Source: Adineta vaga
Lineage: Eukaryota > Animalia > Rotifera
NCBI GenBank assembly: GCA_021613535.1
Contig: CP075497.1
Location: 11,780,001 to 11,844,000, forward strand
Direction: 5' to 3'
Length of the DNA: 64,000 nt
The translations under genes were made by a program, and so were the position numbers. The notes under the pieces are model-generated. The model did no database searches and was not told the DNA's origin. It was given only the letters and a program-made list of their open reading frames with translations. This document shows positions 11,441-24,663 of the stretch, in pieces; positions within the stretch are counted from its first letter, which is position 1; every line of letters begins with the position of its first letter.

Positions 11441-12894
11441 TTTTTCTTCAAATTTATTCGTTTTTTTTAAACGAAATCAAATATATCTAGTAAAGATGAA
11501 CAGGGTCGAGATAAGCTATATTCAATCAGCACTACATGCAATGAATTGCCATCTTGTATCAAATGTACATAGTCCTGTTTATGGCGAATAAAATGAAGAG
11601 AAGACGCTAATATTGAAGATAGTATAATATGTTTGTGATAAAAGATGATTTCGTTTCGTGATCTTTTACATGTGTGTAGGCATTTTATCATTTACATTTA
11701 CTGATAGTTTTGTCAGTTTCAAGATAATTTGCATGCATACGAAGATGTTCGATTCTAAACTAAACTACTATTGTAAGGAGTGCTTCTACTTCTACACGAT
11801 GAGCACACAATTCATTGATTGTTTTAATGAATAAACGAATGACAGGAAAGGAAAGAAAAGTGATTGGAGTTTTCTCTTTACCAGTTAGAGAGCATATATT
11901 AGAGATGGCGCGCCTTTCAAGTTCAAATAAAGAACGTTAAATTATTGTAAGTTCTTCATCTAAACCTGAACAGTCAATCGAAAATGACACACTCGGCATA
12001 AAATTAACATTTTTCAAATGTAATATGAGTTTACCGACTTAGATACTATACGGAGAAATTCACGCAACAATTTGGACATGGTAGCACTACGTTAGGTAAA
12101 CGGCATGTCACCCAAAGTTTACTCATATTTATAAGACTATTCACACATATCGATATTAACCAACCGAAAAAAAAACACAAAAAATATTCAGTTTTTGAAT
12201 TTTCTACCAGCACTGAACAACCATAGAGTCACACGATTTCTCACAATATGGTTCACATAAAATACCCAAAAAGCACGCTAACAAATGGCGATATTAAGAA
12301 AACCTGATCTAGTGTATAAAAGATACCTAGAATGTTCTCATCAATCCATCAATTGATAATACGAGGTAGACGACACAAATAATAGCTTATTTTTCGACTT
12401 AAACCATCTTTAGTATTCTCTACTTACACAAAAAATGAACCTTAGATATCAGTTACAATAATTAGCACAAAAAGAATTAATGATCTCTGATCTCTATCAT
12501 ACCCTTATCATTATGCAATCATTTTTGATAACTATGCAAATAAAACAATTCTCTATTACTACGATGAATTCGTAGTACCTATATTTCTTCAATAATTATC
12601 ATCATGAATATGTTTTACTTCATAATTTAATCAATTAATTTGACCTATATTAATAGAATAAGCTCATTTGATATTATATAAAAAAAAACTTTCCTTTCTT
12701 CTGAACAGACAATTGTAGTTCAGGACTGATTAAATTATGCATGGATCGGTAGTCACACTTAGTACTTATGGCATCTATTTAACCAATAGATTCTATCTTT
12801 TAGATAGCTAATTATCAAAACCTTGATGTCCAGTTTATTTCTGTTAAATGAATATAGACAAATATGGTTTTGAACTTCAATTTTATGCAGTCAT

Positions 12895-13941
12895 TCAATC
12901 TAAATCAGAAACTACAGCAGTCGACATTGCACCAGTTGGATGAATTTCATTTGGTTGGATACTACATGAGTTTTTCAATGATCGCCAACATTTTTTTACA
13001 AAAAAAGATTTAACTTGTCGACGATATCGTGATGATACCAAGAATACATAAAAACTCATCTAAAAATAACTATAAATTCTTTACAAAAAAAATGTTCATA
13101 TCAATCTTACCGTAAAATTTAGATTTGTTGTTGATGACATAATTGAAAACAGCAATCGATCGATCGCATATGGATAATGATCTGATCGGTTAACTGTTAT
13201 ATTCAATGCATAAATACGATAAATCGTATATGGAGATAAAAATAAGACGAAAAATATCACACGTGTAAAAATCATTGCTGTTAATTGTCGATCAAGTCGA
13301 CGACGTTCTGTACCGATACCACGTCGAACTAAACGACGAACATTTCGATAAGCAAGTAGAGCAAGTAAAGATGAGCCAAGTATAGGCAAAAGTCCATGTA
13401 AAATTGGATAGTAAAAGAAGGAATAGTATTGTGTTAAAGCATTACTAGTAATAATACAACTACCGGAGGGAACAATCTCATAGAAAATACCATAAGGTAT
13501 ACTATGAAGCGTCCAAATAATAATACCAATACTTGTTAGACGATGAGCTAATCGCAGTGAACTCTTTTGTCGAATGATCAATTGAGGATTCGTAGAAAGA
13601 TATTGATCTATTGCAGCAAAACATACCATCGATGTTGAAAGTAATCGAAGTGTTTGTGGTAACATGGATTTAAATTTACACCAAAAAAGTGAAATATTAC
13701 CGGGTTCAAAACCATTTACAATGGGTAAAAGATACATAATAGAAAGAATTGTTAATTGACAAGTATTAACAATAGATTCAACAATTAAATAGAAAGCACA
13801 TTGATTTGATCGAAAGAGTTTTAACGTTGTTAAAACACAAATATTAATAAGATTTCCAAAACCTCCGATAACAAAAATAGTAAAGGTAAAATATAAAGAG
13901 AATTTTTCAGAAAAAGAAAGAATTTCTTCAGCAGTAGCCAT
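12895..13941 (-). CDS. Rhodopsin-like (class A) GPCR, lineage-expanded family, 2 exons
   Basis: Seven hydrophobic segments, TM3 CFAAIDQY, ICL3 LAYRNVRR..RRRLDRQLTAM, intron in TM7, exon 2 MSFYVFLVSSRYRRQVK. Confidence 0.9.
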
Positions 13942-14669
13942 AATGAATAAAAGAAAATATGTTGAATGACAACAGTGTTTTCAATCTTGTTATCTCTAAA
14001 ATGGTTTTTCTCTTTTTGTTTATGCTTCGTCAAATCGTACTTCTATTGTCAAATATAATATGAAATTTAATAATCTTAGACAACGACATTCTTGTGTTGA
14101 CGGATAATTGAAAGAATGAAAGAAGAATGATACTATCGAGTACTATTATACTTGTTTTTATGAAGAAAAAGTAATAAGTATATATGGAATATTCGATTCA
14201 TTTCTTTAGTTCAATCATTTTAAGACAACAATATTCTATCTCCGTATATTTTCGTTATAGTTTCAATCAGATGTCAGAAGAAAAGTATGAAAACTACGAA
14301 TAATAATGAATACAGATGAATGAGCTTTTTCAAGATATAAAATTTTATATCTAATCTGGCAGAAAGAATTTGTCGTAAGAATTCAATATTGTCATTGAAG
14401 CATTTATTATTCTATACTTTTATTTTATCAATATAAAAGAACATGACATATTTATATTTGATGCATAAAATTAGCATCAAGATAAACAAATCTGTGCTGT
14501 CATAATGAAAATAAAGTTCAGAAATGAAGATATCAGAATAATTGACAGGTCTTTTATTTTATCCGTTATTTACTTAGTTCGAAATTCATGCATGATATGA
14601 GTAAGGGATAGGCGCTTGAATAGATAAAAGCAAAGTAGAGATTGACATGCTTATATTCAATGATCTTGA

Positions 14670-14935
14670 GGGTGTAATGTTACTGGACAAATTGTGTACC
14701 TGGTTACAATAAAGTGAAAACTGAAAAATTCAGCGCTCTGGAAGTTTTGGTTAATAATAGAAAAAGATTCTTGCTGTGATCCTACTCGATGTAGTTTTGA
14801 TAACAGTCCATATATACCAGATAGTTGTGTCGACGATTGTAAACAATGTCATGATAACCAGCAAGTGTTTACTGAATTTGGCCAACAAGCTTGTTCAACT
14901 ATCTGTAGTGGCTATATTACATCTGTGATCCATAA
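14670..14935 (+). pseudogene. Frameshifted Cys-rich coding remnant
   Basis: CYWTNCVPGYNKVKTEK in one frame and DSCCDPTRCSFDNSPYIPDSCVDDCKQC..FGQQACSTICSGY in another; no intact ORF. Confidence 0.4.
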
Positions 14936-15510
14936 AAACAATGTTTTCTTTCGATTTTTTAAATATCTACAACAAAGATTGTATTACAATTCTAATACCA
15001 ATCTTTCGATATGATATTACAATCATTTTTTTTATTATTTACAGAATCTGATTATCGTTATTTCAACATTTATGTTTGCTCACTTTTTGTTATCTACAGA
15101 TCTCAACACACAATCTCTTAAAGATAGACATCCCTTCGATATGTAAATCAAACGGTCATCTATGTCATAGAAAGCGTTTGACTAGTTTTGTTCAAATCAT
15201 TTTACGGTAGAATTGCAGTTTATATATTCATTAAAGTCGGTCGTCGTTCTGACTTGAACTCAACAGAATGTAAGAGAAAAAAGAGTTACCATTGGTAGCC
15301 TGAATTTTTTCTCTTGCGTTCTTAGTTGTATGTAACGTTTGTGTCACATGTTGACACTCCTAGGTGAAGGGAAAAAAGACTGTCTTAACTTTTTTCTTCT
15401 CTAGTTTGAAAATTCTCAAATAGCAAAACAAACATTTCTATTCCATTTTTAGACAGTCAACGTTATATCATTTTGAAGTTGAAGAAAGCAATTCTTCATT
15501 GATTATTAAA

Positions 15511-16716
15511 ATGTATTTCTATACTATCATCACGATTTTCATATTACAATTCATAGTATTAATCGAAGGTGAACTTGAACCTTGTCCAGTATCATGGCGA
15601 TTACCATGTCCACTTCCTCCATGGTCACCAACATACAATATGCAATTATCAACACAACATTATTTCTATTCAAGTGAAGGTTTCTATGATAATGATACTG
15701 TTACTTTCGCCGCTCTACATGGTGTTATTGGTATCGATTGGGCTAATCATTATGGTCTTCCAATGCATCGAGAACAGACTCTAGCTCAACAAGCAGCTAT
15801 TATTAAAAGTGTTAATCCGAAAACACGTGTATTTGTTTATCGTCAATCTGAATTAGCATTGAATATTTTTGATAATAATGCAAAAGTCATGTACGATCCA
15901 TCCAAACATGATTGGTTTGTTTTATTTCCGAATGGTACGATTTATAACGATTCCACTATCGTGGGTAAATATCGTATGGATCAATTCTGTTGGGATCATC
16001 GAAATCCAGATGTACAAGATTATTTTGTTAATTATTATATTGCAAGTGCTTTTAATCAATCGATTGTTGATGGTATTTTTTATGATGATGATGGAGGTAT
16101 TTGGGATGAACGACAGCATTATCCAAATTATACAGAAGAATATCGAAAATCTGTTGATGATGCACAACAAATATCTTTAAAACGAGCTTGGGAACTTGGT
16201 CTTCAATATAAAAAACATTCTTGGCAAGCGTGGTTAAGTCCTTCTATTCCGACAAGCAACGATTCACCAGGTGTTTGTGCATCAAAAATGAAAACTGCCA
16301 TGGCAATGAAAAATGTTCCAGTTACATTTCCTGCGATGTATAACGGTGCCTGTGATAATACCTGGGAAAAATGTAAAGATCTTCGACAACAATTAGCAGC
16401 ATTTCTTATTGCCCGTAGTGATCATTGGCTGTTTTTCACACCGAATACATGGTGGAAAGAAGGATTTGAAGCAGATTATGGTGTCCCGTTAGCAGATGCT
16501 TCGGAACCTTTTCCGAATTTTTTCGTACGACAATGGAGTAATTGTTTTATTTATTTAGATTGTAATAATTTCGTTTCGGATATTATCTTTCATACAAGTA
16601 CGACAACATCGGAAAATGAAGAAAAACCTTTTCTTGAAAAAGTTTCAATTCTTTTTAAATATTTTGTTTATTATTATCATATGTTGTGTCAATTTTGTCG
16701 TATGTTTTACTTTTAA
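15511..16716 (+). CDS. Secreted putative glycoside hydrolase (GHL15/GH168-like), intronless; horizontal-transfer candidate
   Basis: Hydrophobic signal peptide; motifs QAAIIKSVNPKTRVFVYRQ, WDHRNPDVQDYF, VDGIFYDD, LAAFLIAR, DYGVPL and FVRQWSNCFIYLDCN resemble this TIM-barrel hydrolase group. Confidence 0.7.
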   Translation: MYFYTIITIFILQFIVLIEGELEPCPVSWRLPCPLPPWSPTYNMQLSTQHYFYSSEGFYDNDTVTFAALHGVIGIDWANHYGLPMHREQTLAQQAAIIKSVNPKTRVFVYRQSELALNIFDNNAKVMYDPSKHDWFVLFPNGTIYNDSTIVGKYRMDQFCWDHRNPDVQDYFVNYYIASAFNQSIVDGIFYDDDGGIWDERQHYPNYTEEYRKSVDDAQQISLKRAWELGLQYKKHSWQAWLSPSIPTSNDSPGVCASKMKTAMAMKNVPVTFPAMYNGACDNTWEKCKDLRQQLAAFLIARSDHWLFFTPNTWWKEGFEADYGVPLADASEPFPNFFVRQWSNCFIYLDCNNFVSDIIFHTSTTTSENEEKPFLEKVSILFKYFVYYYHMLCQFCRMFYF

Positions 16717-16725
16717 ATGAATGAT

Positions 16726-19307
16726 TTATCGATAACTGTAGATTATTTTTGTGTGCCTTTTTCTTCGCTTTCTTTCCAAGTAAATACGCGTATCAAATTG
16801 AATAAGAAATTGTCGAATATACGTATGAAGTAAACTAATATTTGTTGTTGATGAATGATCATTGTTATAATTGAAAGAATCAAGCATTACAAGTAAATCT
16901 TGAGCAAGTGCAATATTTGAATCGAATTTATCAGCAATTGTCGATAAAGATTGTAATGATTGAGTTGAGTTAATAGTATCATGATAGTTATTATTATAAT
17001 TTAAGAAAGAAGCTCTTCTCAATTGTTCTTGATCTAATTGAGTAAATACGTTGAAAAGATCTCGGAAGAAAATGTATTTACTTGAATGAGATCGATTTGT
17101 TGGGGTTGATGATCGTGAGGAAGATTTGGATTTAATCATTACTCGTTTACCAATGATATTCACTCTATGATTTCGATTTGATCGTATATTTGCTGTTTGT
17201 TTTTCATAAATTGAATCGATACTAGTAGATTTTGTTAATAGAATAGGTGTTTGCCATTGATGTGAATGTATAAATGGTTTGAGTAGTTGATAACAATGAT
17301 CTTTTTCATTCAATTGATTGATTTTTGAAGAATTGAATTCATCTTCAAATGATATAGATGTTGTATTGTTTAGAAAAAGACTATTGATTTCAGTCATTGA
17401 ACTTTTTGACGTATTTTCTTCTTCTTCAATTTTGAATTCATTTATCGATTGATTCATACGTAAAGAATCTACTGCTAATATTTTGAATTTCTCTTGTTTT
17501 TCAAGGTCAATACCAAACTGTTCAGTTTGATCTTCGTCATCATCATATTTTGAATTATTCATTGTTGTTAATAGAAAATCTGGTGTAAATTCTGTACTAG
17601 CTTCGAGAAAGGTATTGGAAGATTCTAATTCTATGTAATGTTGAAATTTACGATCGATATATTTGAGTAAATGTTTAGTTTTTTCTTTTGTCGATGATGA
17701 TTGATGAAGATGATGTATTAAAGTTTCAGAAAATGAAGTTATTCTATGATGAGAAGTTGAACATCGTTGAAGATGATGAATAAATGTCTCGGAAAGTGCA
17801 TGATCAAGACGACGAGTGGGTAAATGTAAAGTTACTAAAAAAAAGAAAAAATTGACGAAATTACAAAAGATTTATCCAATGTTTATTACTGCTGGTAGAT
17901 ATTAATTCTGTATGTGATGATAGTTTAGGTACTGGATCTGATTTTTGATTATTGGATTGAATATTCCATTCTAAATCTGTCTGTGTTTCGATCGGTGATG
18001 TTTGTGAAGACAAATCAGTAGATGTTATTTTATCGACAGTTTGTTTTTCATTTTTGGGCATGGCTAAATAAGTTAATAAAATTGCTAGTTGAGTAGAAAG
18101 CATTGCTTGAAGTGATGTAGTCTTCTGTTCAGTTAATTGAGATTGAAGAAGTTTTCGAATTAGAAGACATAATTCTTCAATAGATGTAATTAAAGAAGTG
18201 ACTTTTTTCGATGGATGATGTTCATTAAGAGGTTGATCAATCATTAAAAGTTCCGTGATATCTGGAGTATCATCAAATATCATAAAAGATGTTTTCTTGA
18301 TATCACTATTAGCATGATGGTTGGATTGATAGACTAGAGGATTACTATTTGTAGTTGAAAAAAATGAAGATAAGAGAATATCATTGAGAAACAGAGATGA
18401 AATTTCAGAAACAGGTTTGAATTCTTCGATATTATCATTCTTTTGTATTGATGATTCAGTGGAAGATATTTGATTTGGAACAACAATAGAAGGAGGATCT
18501 TTATTTTTAAATGAAATATTACTTTTATGATCAATTACGACATTTTCTATCGAGTATGTTCTTGGTTCATTTAAATCAGACAAACTACATTGAGATTCAA
18601 TGGATGAAACAAAAGTATTCATAGTATTTGATGTTTCAGACGGTTCAATTTCTGTTTGCCTTTTCAATGGTGACAACATGACAGGTTGTTGCTGTTGACG
18701 TTCATGTTGAATATGATTATAATGCGATGCAGGAATGTTTGTTTGTAATTTACGCCATGTCGAACTACGATTCGATATTAATGTTGATCGAGAACATGAT
18801 ATTTTTATCGTTGAATTTTCTAATATGTTTGCATCCTGTAAAAGTGATTTTTATCAAGAGAACTGTATCTGTCTAATGAACTTACAGAACATTGTAGTCT
18901 ACATGGTGTTGGTCGTATTACATTATCATGCTCTAATTCATCTGTAAATCTTTGTTGATAACATTTATCGTGTAAAACATTAGTACTTTGTTTATCTCCA
19001 TCTGCCATATTTGATAAATCTTTTTTCATATAAAAGTCTACTTCATGACTGAAGATTCTCTAGACATAGTCTTCGTCGGTTTTATCCTGTCTGGAGAATA
19101 GTGTTTATCACTTGAATAATACTGTGATAATCTATATGATTTACGTTTTGATTTTGTTGAATTGAATGCATTTGTATTTTGAGAAGGTTTTCTTTTCTTT
19201 CGTTGATCATCATATGACAAGATTTGTGGTTGAGGATAAGCAATAAGAAATTCATTAGACAAACAACAATATAAATCAAAGTATTTGGATGAACGACGAC
19301 GAGACAT
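16726..19307 (-). CDS. Uncharacterised low-complexity Ser/Thr/Asn-rich multi-exon protein
   Basis: Long ORFs 16726-17562 and 17861-18679 plus upstream ORFs can be joined by ~50-nt GT-AG introns. No recognisable domain; 5' exon structure uncertain. Confidence 0.5.
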
Positions 19308-19704
19308 TGCATCAATAGGATGAGACGAAAAGTACACACATCAATTTCGAGATATCTCAGAAAAAGATACATTGAATATATTACAAAAAAAAGCAGGCGC
19401 CAACTTGTTTTGTTTAAGCATTCGTTCATGATATTTAGTCAATGTTGAAATACGAACATTTTGAGTCTACCTTTAACACAATTCTCTATCTTCTCTTTTC
19501 GTACTTTTTTGTCTTATGTCTCGTGCATCGATACCATGATTGTAAGTACAGACATAAACCTTCCAATCCTTTAGTAAATAGATGATCAATTATACTTCAC
19601 TCTTTTCTTTCTTTTTCGTTCTTTCGTCTTCTTTTTTCTTTCGACACATGATATTCACGTACATACTCATTATTCTTTACTGAATTCGAACAACATCACG
19701 AACA

Positions 19705-20554
19705 ATGCTATCAATCTATACCTATTTTGTACTCTTTAGTAATATTTTCATCGTCAGTATCATGGGTGATGCTGAACATCTTCGAGGTACTTTTCTTTTA
19801 CTTTTCAATATAATTTATATATATTTATGTGCTTTATTCTAGAAATGCGTTTTAAATTTTGGCTTCAACCTGGTTCAGAAGAATGTTATCATGAATTATT
19901 AGATAATGGAACAAGTCTTTATTTTATGTACGAAATTTTAAATGCTCATACACATGATAGTAATATCGTTGCATATTTCCGTAATGCAAATAATGGAAGT
20001 ATTGTAGCAGTTTCTACGACACCACAACGAGGTCACATGGAAATAATTGCTAATGAAACAAGTAGGATTGATTTTTTTTCTGCAAATTTAAGAATAATTT
20101 CAATTGATTGATTGATTTATTTAGCTTTGATTGATATATGTATGACACATGCAAAGACGGATACTTATGTTAAATATATGTCGGTATTTTTTCATGTTTA
20201 TCATATTGAGAAAATCTTAGAAAGTATTAAAGAAGTTGAACATTTCGATAATTCTTCCATCAATGTTCATGTAAATTTGTTTATTAATTCTGAAATTATT
20301 GAATTTGAAGTTCGTTTTCTTTTCTTTTTCAGAATGCTCTAGATTCAATTAGTCATCATGTCCTTGTGTCACGTGAAAGTCAAATGGAAATGGAAATGCT
20401 CAATCAAAAAGATCTTTATCTACTTGAACAAAGTCTTTCATGGGTTAATCGATGGGCAATGATTCATATATTCCTAATAATAATTTGTAGTCTTTTTCAA
20501 ACCTATTTTATTCGACGTTTATTTCAAAGTTCGACTCATCGAATAAGAAAATAA
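19705..20554 (+). CDS. p24/TMED (emp24/gp25L GOLD-domain) cargo receptor, 4 exons
   Basis: Signal peptide, FWLQPGSEECYHE GOLD start, second Cys (IDICM), coiled coil, C-terminal TM ..FQTYFIRRLF. Confidence 0.85.
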
Positions 20555-20651
20555 AAATAGTTTTGATTAGATAAGCACACCAGTGTTTGACATTTTATTT
20601 TGCAACAAAACAAAAAGAGAAGCATATGACATTCATGAGAAAAGACAATGT

Positions 20652-21724
20652 TCAAGTTGGACTCATACTAGCTAATGAGGAGGATGAGTCGAGTGTATCA
20701 GATGGTTCACTTTTGATTATCATTGATGTTGAAGAATCTTCCGATATACCGGATGGGAGTTTTTTATTTCGTTTCCATTTCATTCGACGATTTTGAAACC
20801 TAGAAATTGAAAAGAAAAACGATTGAACAAAGAAACTTCTTCGTATCTTTTCTTTACCAGATTTTAATTTGTGTTTCACTTAACATTAACGAAGTAGCCA
20901 CTTCAAAACGCTAGAAAAGACAAATTCAAATAAAATAAACAGAAAAGAAATTGTTTTACTTTTGGTTTTGATAAATATTTATTTTCACGAAATTGTTTTT
21001 CTAATTCAAGCAATTGTTGTGACGTAAATGCCGTTCGTGGACGACGAGATTTTCCATAATAGGATATCGGTGAACCTAAAATAAGAAGATTTTTTTCAAC
21101 GGTGTTATTTCCTGCTTTATACATTCTCAGATGCATTTGTGATCATCACAACAATTTCTCGATCATAGTAATAAGTTGAACAAATATATCTTGGGCGCTC
21201 AATTGACTTTTGATCATGTGTGTCAACAATTATACAGACTTCCTCTTTCTCTAGTCTGATCATCATCAATAAGAGCAATAAATGAGAAAAAAAAAGAACG
21301 AGCAATGTGTGAAAAATCTCGTCTTATCATAATCAATAAGCAATTAATGAACTCGATGTTTAAGTGTGTAGGAAAACAAGACGACGAAGAAAACTCTTCA
21401 TTGAATAATCAAGAGTTTTATTCGCTGATAATTACCTTGATAAGATGTTGGATTAAGTTTATGTAATGAATAAAAATCTGTTGATGATGTTGTTTCGAGA
21501 GGAAAAGATCGAATTGAATTAGTTTTATTATGTTGTTGATCATTTAATCGAACAGCAAGTGCGGCATTTTTACAAAAAAGATTATATAAATGTTGAACAC
21601 TATTATTTAATAGAAATTGTTGATGTTGTTGTTCATCAGTTATATTCATATTATCGTCGTCTTCTTCTTTGTCATGTTTTGGATTTTCATCACCGAGAAT
21701 CGAAGCAATAGAAAATGTTGTCAT
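20652..21724 (-). CDS. MNX1: Mnx/Hb9 homeobox transcription factor, 4 exons
   Basis: N-terminal eh1 motif TFSIASILG; homeodomain [32 protein letters not shown]|[18 protein letters not shown]|[13 protein letters not shown] is nearly identical to MNX1. Confidence 0.93.
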
Positions 21725-21778
21725 GATTTTCACTTATCCGTTCAAGAGCACAAATGATTCTAACTATTGAGAAATCTA

Positions 21779-21945
21779 GCAAGAGAAATAGAGAGAGAGA
21801 GAGGGAAAATGAGAGAGAGAAAAATGATCGATCAATCAAAATTATCATCATCATCGTTTAATTTTTTTCCAGTTGTTCTCTCTGCGTTCTTCAGTCAACA
21901 ATTGACGCAAGCAAGCAAGCAAGCAAGCAAAAGAGAGAGAGAGAT
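21779..21945. repeat. GA/AG microsatellites and a (GCAA)n tract upstream of MNX1
   Basis: Several GAGAGA runs and GCAAGCAAGCAAGCAAGC. Confidence 0.7.
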
Positions 21946-23594
21946 AACACCTCGTTCTTTCTCTCTAATAAAATCCAATTGAACACGATTATCTGTCGGT
22001 TGAGCGAAACGAGAATTGTATTTGTGTATATATTTACTCTCCCATCATCGTTTATTAATTGACGGATATTAAAATATGTCAAACGCAAGCTGTCCACGAC
22101 TATGACTAACACGAACATGACAAATCATGATCAAAAGACAGAAAAAGAAAAAGAACTCTCTCAAGTTAGTGCTAAAGAACAATGCAGAATTAAGTTGAAG
22201 GACAAAAAAGTAAAGTTTTTCTTCTTCTTCTCCTTGTCATATGAATATTAACTTGTCGAAAGGTGATGGTTATACTTTTATTCAAGTGGATGTTTGCGTG
22301 TCGAAAGAAGAGAGTGTTAAATTCGACATGCCTGATAAATGTTTGATTCACATATAAAGTTATCAAGTGTTCATACATGACAAGTTGAGTCCTCTTCATT
22401 ATCTAAACTAATAAAAACAAGAAGATATTTTCAAATTTAATTCTTGATATTAGAAAAAATATTTATCATTTGAATGAATATTGGTTTTGTTATCTGAAAT
22501 GTCTTTTATCAGATAATTGATAGTGATGATTTTGATCATCGAATGTGTTAAAATTAGTCAAATTTTATGAGACTATTTTTTTAATATATGAAGAAAATAA
22601 TGATTAGATAGAATGCTTTTTTTTCCTGCTTCTATTTGACTTTCGTGATTATCATCGATAATCGTGTTAAAATTCTTAGAAAACGTTTTTATTTGAATCT
22701 CTCATGTCGAAACAGAACTTTCTCCCATATCTCAATTAATATTAGTAACACATTAGTTTTGAGGATAGAAGAGCAGTTTGCAATGTCAATCAAAAGTTTT
22801 TCGATCCAATCAGCGCGTGTTTCTCTATCATTGTCTTTTTGTCGATTGGTTAACGAGTTGATTATCTACAAATTCATTGATTTGGTGTAAATTAAAAATA
22901 ATATCTACCCAAGTGTTTATTTGATCGTTATATCGATATGTTTTTCTCTTATTTATAGTTTTTGTTATCCACCAGATCTTGAAGTGATTCATTTACATTG
23001 TAAACTCCAAGTGTATCTGATATTTTAGGGAATAAGCAGCTCATCCGTCGGTGTTTAGATTTACGATTAACTACTTTACTCGTATGGCTTGTTTTAATAT
23101 CATTGATACATTGGAGTATCTATTGAACTTTTAATGAGAGCAATAATGATTGTAGTATAGATTTGAATTCCCCGATAACATTTCTTTCAGAATCCACATC
23201 CGCTCTCTTTTTGTCAGATTTCTACTGTTATATTTTGAAAATGAACGTAGATTTGTGATGTCTTTCTTAAAATAAATATAAAATTCTGTTTTTTTTGTGT
23301 GTTTATGAGCAGAAAAATTGTTAACATTAGTTCTTGTTATATGAATGTTTCTTACGCTATTTATTCAGAAAATAATGTTTCTAAATATCTCTATATATTT
23401 TGTTAAAAATTATCTAGACAAGAAGGGAGTGCTCTTTTCTGAAGTATTAATGCTAGAATGATTCGATGTTTATCTTGTCAATCTTCTCTTCATATATACA
23501 TTTTTTTTCTTTTTTCACTTCCTCAATTTCATACAAAAAGTACTTTAATTGAAATATAGATTATATCTAATACGATATCAGTTCTTTTATTACT

Positions 23595-24663
23595 ATGTCC
23601 TCGATTTTAATACCTTCACTGTACAACACAGCAAGACAATATGAATATTACAGTACCGTTGTTGTTTTTGCTGTCGGAATATTTAGCGATCTTTCAAATA
23701 TAATCGTATTCTTGACATTGCGTTGCTTTCGAAGAAATCAATCTGCTTTCTACTTTACCACCGAAATGATCTCGAATATTGGATTGTTTCTTGCTATCTT
23801 TCCAGTATACTTTTATCGGACTACAACTGGTATTGATCTAGCTCGCAGTTCATTAATCTGGTGTAAAATAAAAGACGGACTATCAGGATCTTTTGGTCTT
23901 TGTTCACTTTATACAATTTGTTTTCAAACACTTGATCAATTCTTATCAACAAATCCTCGACCAAGTTATCGACAAATCAGTTCATTGAAATTAGCTCATC
24001 GATCTATCCTTTGTATTGTCTGTTTTGTTATTCTACATAGTGTTCCCTTTATGATTTTAACTGGAATTCAATCATCTGGTTCCTGTGATATATCTAGCGA
24101 TGCCGTTAATTCTTATAATACATATTTCTATTATCCAATTTTGAGCAGTGCTCTGCCGCTAGTCATCGCTGTTACCTTTAGCTCATTAGCCTATCGTAAT
24201 GTTCGTCGAATTGTGCGAAGACAAATTCCTGTTGTTCGTCGTCGATTGGATCGACAACTGACATTGATGGTATTAACACGTGTTGTGAGTCTTATTCTGC
24301 TCGGTTTACCCTACATTATCTATAGTATCTATCGATTAAAACTTCGTGCAACCGATGACAATCAATTGGAAATGGCTGTAGCTAGTTTAACAGGTGCTAT
24401 TGTATATTCGTTGTTATATTTGAATTTTGCAGTAAGATATAATTTTATTTGAAACTTATAACTGATTGTTGGTTGTTTAGACGAGCTTCTATCTGTTTCT
24501 GATTGTATCCAGTCGATTTCGTCGACAAGTGAAACAAGGAATAGTGAAGAAATGTTGGACATGGTTACTTAGTTTATGCCAGAGAGACAATATGGGAAGA
24601 AGTAGAAATCAAATTAATCCAGAGTTGGCTCATGGAACAGTATCAGATGTTGAATCTATTTAA
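23595..24663 (+). CDS. Rhodopsin-like GPCR (cluster copy 1), 2 exons
   Basis: 7TM; CFQTLDQFL; LAYRNVRRIVRRQ..RRRLDRQLT; intron ~24433-24480. Confidence 0.9.

Noticed and set aside
11467-11770. Minus-strand 74-aa ORF upstream of the EXOC4 pseudogene
   Set aside because: Only a vague resemblance to F-box/LRR tails; cannot be supported.
19020-19060. Possible stop readthrough or frameshift between adjacent minus-strand ORFs
   Set aside because: The ORFs are out of frame and a ~50-nt intron ending GTCTAG explains the join more simply.
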